Made by a program: the position numbers and the translations under genes
Notes under the pieces: generated by a model
The model's input: the letters and a program-made list of their open reading frames with translations, nothing else
Told to the model about the DNA's origin: nothing
Databases searched by the model: none
Source: Acaryochloris marina S15
GTDB lineage: Bacteria; Cyanobacteriota; Cyanobacteriia; Thermosynechococcales; Thermosynechococcaceae
DNA: 32,000 nucleotides
NCBI RefSeq assembly: GCF_018336915.1
Contig: NZ_CP064923.1
Span: 480,001-512,000 of the forward strand
Direction of reading: 5' to 3'
In this document: positions 25,842 through 32,000 of the stretch, piece by piece
How positions within the stretch are numbered: position 1 is the first letter of the stretch
Layout: each line of letters begins with the position of its first letter

Positions 25842-26032
25842 GCTATCTCTACATTAGCATCTCTAATCAAAAACCAAACCTTACGGAGATTTACCGATAT
25901 GCAAACTTGAATCTGAATGTCTACATATAAGACAGGAAAAGCATTTTCAGCAGATCCATCATGCAGTCACGAGGAACGTTAATAGGCAAAATAACCGTAT
26001 AAGTCCCAACATTAGTTAATAACAGGCACTCT

Positions 26033-26396
26033 ATGCCACCCTGCAAACTCCTTGACAAGTCCGTGATGTAATGCAAACCAAGTATTACACATACAGCCTC
26101 GAAAAAAGTGGATCCAACACTTTATTCTCTTCCACAACAAACGTTATCCCAAAGAAATGGCTGAACTCGAAGTTGAAGCTTTTCTGACCGTAAGCGAACA
26201 TGTTTCTGCTTCAACCCAAAATCGAGCCCTCTGTACCCTGATATTTTTGTACTGATACATTCTTAAACAGCTTCTGGCTGAAACGATGGATGCAGCTCGT
26301 GCCAAACGATCACAACATCAGACTTCTTGCAGAATAGACCTCTTGCTTGATCTCCAGGATGCTCAGCGGCACAAACCCCAGTTGTCGCGAAGATAA
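26033..26396 (+). pseudogene. intI: Integron integrase (tyrosine recombinase) pseudogene: N-terminal SAM-like domain only, with frameshifts, a nonsense codon and 3' truncation
   Basis: Three successive frames read MPPCKLLDK / (Q)VRDVMQTKYYTYSLEKS / WIQHFILFHNKRYPKEMAELEVEAFLTVSEHVSASTQNRALCTLIFLY*YILKQLLAETMDAARAKRSQHQ.... They are colinear with the IntI N-termini as I recall them (..SVREFMQTRYY..IEAYLHWI..I.FHNKKHP..EVEEFL..V...TQ..AL..L.FLY.E.L). The catalytic R-H-R-Y domain is absent. Confidence 0.7.
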
Positions 26397-26399
26397 CGG

Positions 26400-27053
26400 T
26401 TAGCCTGGGGTATGGGAAACTTCTTTTTTCAGGATCAAGAAATTTCTCACACTGTAATAGCCATCGCATTTTTCCCAAGGGATGTCTTTCAGCGCGACTT
26501 CACCCTGGGGCCAAGGTTGATTATCCATCAAAGCCTCGAAGACTTGCTGAGCGCTGATATGACAATAAAAAGTCCGAAACCAATGCACGTCTGCAGCAAG
26601 GGGGGACTGTTCAATGGCAGATTCAATCGTGGTAAAGGCTGACTTGGGAACGGGAATATCAATGCCTTGGGAGGCGCGTCGCGAAAAGTTGCCGATATAG
26701 GCGACCCAATTGCTACCTGCTAGGGACCAGCGCTTAGTGGTGACTTGCTCTGGATCGTTTTTGCCATAGAAGCAGGCTAACAATACTGGAAAGGAACCCA
26801 GTACAAAATTTTGCACCCCATCCATAATGGCGTTGTTGTCTTCGCCTAGACCCGCGCAGCGATCAATCAGCAGTCTGCCATCGGGCAATAAGACCTCTAT
26901 ATCTAGGCAGCCGGCCCCGGCTTTCTTGGGAGGATGCCAAATCCCCCGAATGGCAGGCGCTTGACCATTGGGCAACACCCAACCCTCAACCACGGCACAG
27001 GGAATATCTTGGGCTTTAAATAGACGAATTAAAACATCTGCAAGGGTTGCCAT
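26400..27053 (-). CDS. Hypothetical protein
   Basis: 217-aa ORF with even coding texture. No motif recognised. It converges on the intI remnant. Confidence 0.6.
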   Translation of the reverse strand: MATLADVLIRLFKAQDIPCAVVEGWVLPNGQAPAIRGIWHPPKKAGAGCLDIEVLLPDGRLLIDRCAGLGEDNNAIMDGVQNFVLGSFPVLLACFYGKNDPEQVTTKRWSLAGSNWVAYIGNFSRRASQGIDIPVPKSAFTTIESAIEQSPLAADVHWFRTFYCHISAQQVFEALMDNQPWPQGEVALKDIPWEKCDGYYSVRNFLILKKEVSHTPG

Positions 27054-27084
27054 TCACATACCACAGTTTGTGAGCTAGACCGAA

Positions 27085-27109
27085 CACTCACCTCTAGATG
27101 AGGTGAGTG
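27085..27109 (-). terminator. Perfect 10-bp hairpin downstream of ndk (candidate terminator or RNA-stability element)
   Basis: CACTCACCTC-tagat-GAGGTGAGTG, 10 nt after the ndk stop. The trailing U-run on the minus strand is weak (TTCGGTCT). Confidence 0.4.
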
Positions 27110-27119
27110 CAAGGCGGAG

Positions 27120-27569
27120 TTATTCGTAAATCCAGGAGGTTAATGTGGGAGACCAATCTGCTAATTCTTCGGGCTTAAACCACAGGCTGATTTCGCGCTG
27201 AGCCGTTTCGACTGCGTCAGAACCGTGAATGATATTGCGGCCAATATCGATACCAAAATCGCCGCGAATGGTTCCTGGCTCAGAGCTGAGGGGATTGGTC
27301 GCGCCAATGACTTTGCGGGCCGCAGCAACGACGCCTTTGCCTTCCCAGACCATTGCCACAACGGGGCCAGAGGTAATGAAGTCAACTAAGCCACCAAAGA
27401 AGGGCTTTTCTTTATGCTCGCCGTAATGTTGTTCGGCTAACTCCCGGCTGACGACCATCAGCTTTAGACCCACTAACGTAAACCCTTTGGCTTCGTAACG
27501 GCCAATAATTTCCCCCACCAGACCTCGCTGGACGCCGTCTGGTTTTACAGCCAAAAATGTTCGTTCCAC
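27120..27569 (-). CDS. ndk: Nucleoside-diphosphate kinase
   Basis: The GTG at 27569 gives (M)[21 protein letters not shown]...NIIHGSD...EISLWF, 149 aa, the canonical Ndk length and N-terminus. The track's ATG at 27686 would add 39 non-conserved residues. Confidence 0.9.
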   Translation of the reverse strand: MERTFLAVKPDGVQRGLVGEIIGRYEAKGFTLVGLKLMVVSRELAEQHYGEHKEKPFFGGLVDFITSGPVVAMVWEGKGVVAAARKVIGATNPLSSEPGTIRGDFGIDIGRNIIHGSDAVETAQREISLWFKPEELADWSPTLTSWIYE

Positions 27570-27682
27570 AGAATTAAGACTCCCTTCAGGGTTTACATCC
27601 TTATCTATGCTCAGAAAAGATGCGGCATTTGTAAAGGTAGGGAAACCCTCATCAAGGTATATCGCCTCAATGATGCTCGCGG

Positions 27683-28354
27683 TCAATCGGTTATGGCCTC
27701 CCTCTGCCTAGCCAATAGTAAGGATTGGGAGATGAAGCAGATAGCTAACCAGACTAAGCCTGCGGCATATCCAGCTACCACGTCTGTGGGCCAATGAACG
27801 CCAATATAAAGCCGACTAAACCCAATGGTGGCAATCAGGCTCGTGCCCACGGCCACCATCAGCAGCTGGAAGGAGCGAAACTGGCGAATGAGCCCATAGA
27901 TCAGTACGGCATAGAAGACTAAGGAGACCATGGCATGGCCGCTGGGAAAACTATAGAAGGGCACGTGCAAAATTTGGTCCCAGAGGGCAGGACGATGACG
28001 GGCAAATAGCTCTTTGAGCCAGATATTCAATCCCAAAGAGCCCCCAATCGCGATTACGAAGCCTAAGGCTTCCTGGCGTCGTTTTTGCCACAGCAATATC
28101 CCTCCCATGCCTAGGGTGAAGGGAAACAGAATCAGGGGTTCACCTAGATAGGTCACTAGCACCATTAACCGATCCAATATCGGCGTATGGAGGTTGTGAA
28201 TGGCTAGCAAAATCTGGGTGTCTAGGGCTTCTATTTGGGGGAGCAGGGTTGCGATCGCAACAAAAATACCTAAGGCTAATACCGTTGCCACTATTCCCAC
28301 GCGCTGCCAGGGCGAACGGAAGGATTGACCTAGGTGAATTGGCCATTTCAACAT
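27683..28354 (-). CDS. PAP2 superfamily phosphatase (membrane)
   Basis: Polytopic. PAP2 motifs [16 protein letters not shown] and [13 protein letters not shown]. Confidence 0.85.
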   Translation of the reverse strand: MLKWPIHLGQSFRSPWQRVGIVATVLALGIFVAIATLLPQIEALDTQILLAIHNLHTPILDRLMVLVTYLGEPLILFPFTLGMGGILLWQKRRQEALGFVIAIGGSLGLNIWLKELFARHRPALWDQILHVPFYSFPSGHAMVSLVFYAVLIYGLIRQFRSFQLLMVAVGTSLIATIGFSRLYIGVHWPTDVVAGYAAGLVWLAICFISQSLLLARQREAITD

Positions 28355-28459
28355 AGAGGAATTAAAGCGACGTCACAGTAGCAGGCAGACGGCCCACAAA
28401 CTTAACTGTAGGTGATATACCTTAATGACAGTTTAATGGCTGCTGATGAAACGGTGGTC

Positions 28460-28852
28460 TTAGCTGCCTTCAGCATCAACAGCATATTGTTTCAGATCAT
28501 CGAGGGAGACATGCTCTAAAGCCATGGCATGGGTCGCGGCTAACTTTACGGGGGGTGCTACTCCTGCTTCTAGGGCCTGCTGCCAGCGAGAGGCACATAA
28601 ACACCAGCAGTCACCGGGCTTCAGCCCTGGAAACCCATAGATGGGGGCTGGGCTACTTAAATCATTGCCTTGCACTTTGGTGTAGGCCAAAAACTCTGAG
28701 GTGACTTGGGCACAGACAATGTGCGCTCCCATATCTCCGGCACCGGTATTGCACTTGCCATCCCGATAAAATCCGGTCATGGGTGACGTACAGCAAATCT
28801 GTAAGGGACCTCCCAATACATTGGTGGCTTCTGTCTTCATGGCTTTTGTCAT
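28460..28852 (-). CDS. DUF2237 family protein
   Basis: 130 aa. NVLGGPLQICCTSPMTGFYRDGKCNTGAGDMGAHIVCA...GDCWCLCASRW matches the conserved Cys pattern of DUF2237 as I recall it. Confidence 0.75.
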   Translation of the reverse strand: MTKAMKTEATNVLGGPLQICCTSPMTGFYRDGKCNTGAGDMGAHIVCAQVTSEFLAYTKVQGNDLSSPAPIYGFPGLKPGDCWCLCASRWQQALEAGVAPPVKLAATHAMALEHVSLDDLKQYAVDAEGS

Positions 28853-29383
28853 TCACTTTGCTCCAACAGCCTGGCCTAGACAAACCATAGCAGGTCCTCT
28901 CTTCCAAGGTAGAAAGTTTAAGGTCTAGACGTTAGGAAAGATCCAAAAAATTTTGAATGCATAAAAATCTTGAAATCGGCAGATAATTAGGTAGTTATAT
29001 TAGGAAAGAATGAGTTAAATATTCTCTTCTAGCTTCAACTTTTATGGGGCTACTGCTTAACAGCAAGGGATTGCTACTATCAAGTGATGATAATATTTAT
29101 AGCTGCTATTCTGAGATTTATATATTCAGCAAACAGTTCCATGGGTTAATAGAAAAATATTTGACTATTTTCTTTGTAAGCTATTTATTGAGTGGAATTT
29201 TTTGCTTGCCAGAAATCTATTTGGCTTAGCCAAAAAAGAGTGACTCAGTCTTTGCAGTGGCAGCTCAATATTTGCAGAATGAGTCGAGAAAGGTACTAGC
29301 AGCGTGAGTGAATCTATCAAGCAAACCGTTTAGGGTGCTTGCCCTGAAAGACGTGATTGAGAAACAGGCATCTAGCAATCGGT

Positions 29384-31009
29384 ATGAGAATGCAGCGCAG
29401 ACAGTTTTTATGCTTTGGGGGCACCGTCTTGCTCAGCCTTGTGGCCTCCCCCCAGTCCTTTGCTAAATCCGTTGATGAAATTCGTAAAATTGCCCGTCAG
29501 ATCACTGTCAAGGTGCTGACTCAAGGGCCGTCTGGCTCGGGAATTTTGATTCAAAAAAAGGGGCCTGTCTATACGGTACTGACGGCGGCCCATGTGATCA
29601 AAAATTCCAATCGTGGGGAAGAAGCCTATGCCATGACGAATGATGGCGAAAATCACTTGCTCGATACCCAATCCATGAAAACCGGCTCTAACTTAGATCT
29701 TGCGATCGCAACGTTCTACAGCAATAAAACCTATGGTGTGACGGATATTGGCCAATTTAAAGCCCTAGATATTTTGGATGAGATTTATGTGGGCGGGTAT
29801 CCCTTTGCCGATCAGGGCATTTCCGTCTCTACTATTACCCTGACTCGGGGAGAAGTCGCTTCTATTGGCCCCTTTGAGGATGGCTATGGGTTCTCCTATA
29901 CGGCGGTGACCAAAGCGGGGATGAGCGGCGGCCCCATTCTCAATCAAGCGGGACAATTGGTGGGGATTCATGGTCGAGCGGCAGGACAGCGGTTAAAACA
30001 GTTTCGCCTCAAGGATGGTCTGAATCTGGGGATTCCCATCGATACTGCTATTGAGGTCTTTGGCTTGGAGCAGCTCGCTCCCACGGTGGCTCAAGCGCCT
30101 GAATCGGAGTCTCAACCCCCTGAGCCTGAGCCGCCAGCGGAAGAGACTCCCTCGCCTGAATCCGATTTGGCGAGCTTCACCTTTGAGGTTCTGGGGGTGA
30201 ATGACAAGGGCCAGGTGCGTAAACGGACCCAACAGTCGGCCCAATACTATCGCCAACCCCTGGTAGAAGGAGTGGACTTGGAGATGGTGTCTATTCCAGA
30301 GGGACAGTTCACGATGGGCTCCCCTGTGACCGAAACCCATCGAGAGAAAAACGAAGATCCCAAACATGTGGTGGATGTCCCTGGGTTTTTTATGGGGAAA
30401 TATCCCATTACCCAAGCCCAATGGCAGGCCATTATGGGGGACAATCCCTCTAAATTTCAGGGGGCCAATCATCCCGTCGATCAGGTCAGCTGGTTTTTAG
30501 CAGAAGAGTTTTGCCAAAAGCTATCGGTGGCCACGGGGCAGGATTACCGTTTGCCCAGCGAAGCGGAATGGGAATATGCAGCGCGAGCAGGCACCCACAC
30601 GCCATTTCACTTTGGTAAGACTATCACCACAGATCTGGCCAATTACGACGGCAATTACACCTATGACAAAGGGCCGAAAGGAACCTTCAGACGAAAAACA
30701 CTGGGAGTTGACCAATTCACGGGCAATGGGTTTGGCCTCTTCAATATGCATGGTCAAGTTTGGGAATGGTGTTTAGACCATTGGCATGATCATTACAAGG
30801 GGGCTCCCACTGATGGCACCGCCTGGATTGAGAAAGGAGACCCGAAACTGCAGCGAGTACGACGAGGGGGATCTTGGTATGATAGCCCCCATGCTTGCCG
30901 GTCTGCCTTTCGCTACCGTTCCCATCCTTATACCTATAAAAGTTCGTTTGGGTTACGGGTTGTCTTGCCAATCCTAAAGCCCTCGGTTGAGATAATTGCG
31001 GTGCCGTAG
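29384..31009 (+). CDS. Secreted trypsin-like serine protease fused to a formylglycine-generating-enzyme (FGE-sulfatase/SUMF1) domain
   Basis: Signal or Tat-like leader MRMQRRQFLCFGG...SFA. Catalytic triad contexts LTAAHV, DLAIA and GMSGGP. A Pro/Glu linker, then FGE-domain blocks (YPITQAQWQAIMG, HPVDQVSWFLAEEFC, RLPSEAEWEYAARAG, GNGFGLFNMHGQVWEWC, RGGSW). The ORF is open from TTG 29357. Confidence 0.85.
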   Translation: MRMQRRQFLCFGGTVLLSLVASPQSFAKSVDEIRKIARQITVKVLTQGPSGSGILIQKKGPVYTVLTAAHVIKNSNRGEEAYAMTNDGENHLLDTQSMKTGSNLDLAIATFYSNKTYGVTDIGQFKALDILDEIYVGGYPFADQGISVSTITLTRGEVASIGPFEDGYGFSYTAVTKAGMSGGPILNQAGQLVGIHGRAAGQRLKQFRLKDGLNLGIPIDTAIEVFGLEQLAPTVAQAPESESQPPEPEPPAEETPSPESDLASFTFEVLGVNDKGQVRKRTQQSAQYYRQPLVEGVDLEMVSIPEGQFTMGSPVTETHREKNEDPKHVVDVPGFFMGKYPITQAQWQAIMGDNPSKFQGANHPVDQVSWFLAEEFCQKLSVATGQDYRLPSEAEWEYAARAGTHTPFHFGKTITTDLANYDGNYTYDKGPKGTFRRKTLGVDQFTGNGFGLFNMHGQVWEWCLDHWHDHYKGAPTDGTAWIEKGDPKLQRVRRGGSWYDSPHACRSAFRYRSHPYTYKSSFGLRVVLPILKPSVEIIAVP

Positions 31010-31363
31010 ATTCCCTAGGGAAGTAGAAAATATTGAGGGACGTATCCATGAGTTGTTCAGGGTCAACTCTTCCAGTCTCGGTATTAGACCTCTTGCAATA
31101 TGCGTTTCATGATGGGCTACCAACTCAATTTATGCCGCCCGTGATCTGACTTGGAGTACTAGGCCTCTACCATATCGGTAATTGAATTATGTAATAGGTC
31201 TAATGACATAACGATATGACTTGGGGTAGTGATCTAACGAAATCTTCAGTAGCGACAATGAGTCGTTTGCTGCAAAACATTGTTTGCTAACTCTTTCACT
31301 GGGGGCTGATCAACTGTATATCTATCTTGAGAAGCAGGTTGACGAACATTGCACCTCCTGTCT

Positions 31364-31813
31364 TCAGGGGTGTTCTGGCGCTGTAGCCAGTGACTTAAGA
31401 AGCTTCTGCAAACCAGCTTCGCGTTTTGTTTCTGGAAACAGATCGATGTGCTGAATCCGCTCCAATGTTCGCGTGTCGTCAATCTCAATGGGTGGAACAT
31501 CGCATTTCGCTAACCGCACGGGAAAGATGTAGGAATGTCCAGGGCCGAACTGTCTGAAGGTGGTAATTGCGTCGCGTATTTCGGGATAGACACCAGAACG
31601 ATAACGCTCCTTGGTCAAGTCCGGCGACAGGCAGACCACTACGGCATAGGCATTTTTCATCGCCTCGCGTATTGCTTCCTTCCAGTCACGACCGCCAAGA
31701 ATGAACTCATCCCACCACACTAATTCGCCTGCATTTCCCAGATCTTCAACCAGCCGCGAAACGTCGTCCTTGTTGTCGTGGCAATAAGATATAAAAACGT
31801 GCTTCTCTCCCAT
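31364..31813 (-). CDS. TIR domain-containing protein
   Basis: The ATG at 31813 is preceded by GAGAGGAGAG and an A8 run. VFISYCHDNKDDVSRLVEDL...VWWDEFILGGRDWKEAIREAMKNAYAVVVCLS is the TIR_2 pattern. The same frame stays open upstream to the window edge, so a longer N-terminus cannot be excluded. Confidence 0.75.
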   Translation of the reverse strand: MGEKHVFISYCHDNKDDVSRLVEDLGNAGELVWWDEFILGGRDWKEAIREAMKNAYAVVVCLSPDLTKERYRSGVYPEIRDAITTFRQFGPGHSYIFPVRLAKCDVPPIEIDDTRTLERIQHIDLFPETKREAGLQKLLKSLATAPEHP

Positions 31814-32000
31814 TTTTTTTCTCTCCTCTCGTCTTTGCCCTTGGCGTTTATTCTGATAGCGAATTGAATCGATGCCGTTCAGCAATTCTGTTACCGAATA
31901 GCATTTGTCCGCTCCAACCGGGAAGTACTTACTTTCACCATGTTCCCCCAGCTTCAAAAGGTGATCATACGGCACCGTAACGTCTGGTCTGTCTGGCAAT

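Larger units (their letters stand above)
21800..26396. mobile_element. Degenerate chromosomal integron: intI pseudogene + attI + six cassettes (cassette genes on the minus strand)
   Basis: A divergent intI-like fragment lies beside a series of ORFs. Each ORF is bounded by a 63-94 bp imperfect palindrome starting RYYYAAC and ending GTTRRRY. Component features are listed separately below. Confidence 0.8.

Noticed and set aside
26397-26405. GGCTAAC/GTTAGCC heptamer containing the stop codon of the 26400-27053 gene, considered as a possible seventh attC (which would make that gene a cassette).
   Set aside because: No complementary arm or partner GTTRRRY box lies within 150 nt on the appropriate side. 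The adjacent sequence still reads as intI-homologous coding sequence. I treat it as coincidence.
20716-28250. Absence of HIP1 (GCGATCGC) from the integron, considered as evidence of foreign origin.
   Set aside because: I find only nine copies in 32 kb, so a 4.6-kb stretch with none is expected fairly often by chance. The gap also covers ndk and other core-looking genes. It is not informative alone.
29044-29229. A 61-aa ORF in the AT-rich intergenic tract.
   Set aside because: Low-complexity, Ile/Leu/Ser/Tyr-rich translation typical of random AT-rich sequence. No ribosome-binding site.
31200-31363. ACATAAC, ATCTAAC and GCTAAC heptamers downstream of the TIR gene, considered as possible attC sites.
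   Set aside because: No GTTRRRY partner at the right distance, and only a 4-bp internal hairpin (CGAC..GTCG). They do not resemble the array's attC families.
1-32000. CRISPR arrays, rRNA or tRNA genes, and long tandem repeats.
   Set aside because: No regularly spaced direct repeats with unique spacers were seen, and no rRNA- or tRNA-like structures. The only regularly recurring structured repeats are the attC-like palindromes described above.

Overview
This is a cyanobacterial chromosomal segment. The evidence is nine perfect HIP1 palindromes (GCGATCGC at 1912, 4988, 5206, 9718, 12303, 19452, 20708, 28251 and 29702), a psaM gene and a TerC-family gene. Most of the window is ordinary chromosome:
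- An AraC-associated oxidoreductase cluster with two paralogous NpdG-like genes (1-5103).
- A SulP permease plus tandem-Usp operon.
- A PhnD/PhnC-type ABC pair with no permease.
- A Tat-exported metallophosphoesterase.
- A double-FHA ABCG-type transporter placed divergently from a membrane Ser/Thr kinase.
- An OmpR-type response regulator, psaM, TerC, a sirtuin (cobB), ndk, a PAP2 phosphatase, a DUF2237 gene, a trypsin-like protease fused to an FGE-sulfatase domain, and a TIR-domain gene at the right edge.

The stand-out region is 21.8-26.4 kb, which I read as a decayed chromosomal integron. It has four parts:
- A broken and truncated integron-integrase gene (26033-26396, + strand).
- An attI-like junction (core GTTAGAC, 25774->25768).
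- Six gene cassettes on the minus strand, each closed by an attC-like imperfect palindrome (RYYYAAC ... GTTRRRY).
- A terminal attC cut off by a transposase remnant next to cobB.

The cassettes encode four orphan small proteins in single- or two-gene units, a hicB-hicA toxin-antitoxin pair and a VOC/glyoxalase protein. One cassette ORF is split by a 954-bp ISY100-like IS630-family element with a TA target duplication. Removing the IS in silico restores an intact 102-codon ORF. All family assignments come from motif recognition by eye, and no database search was run.
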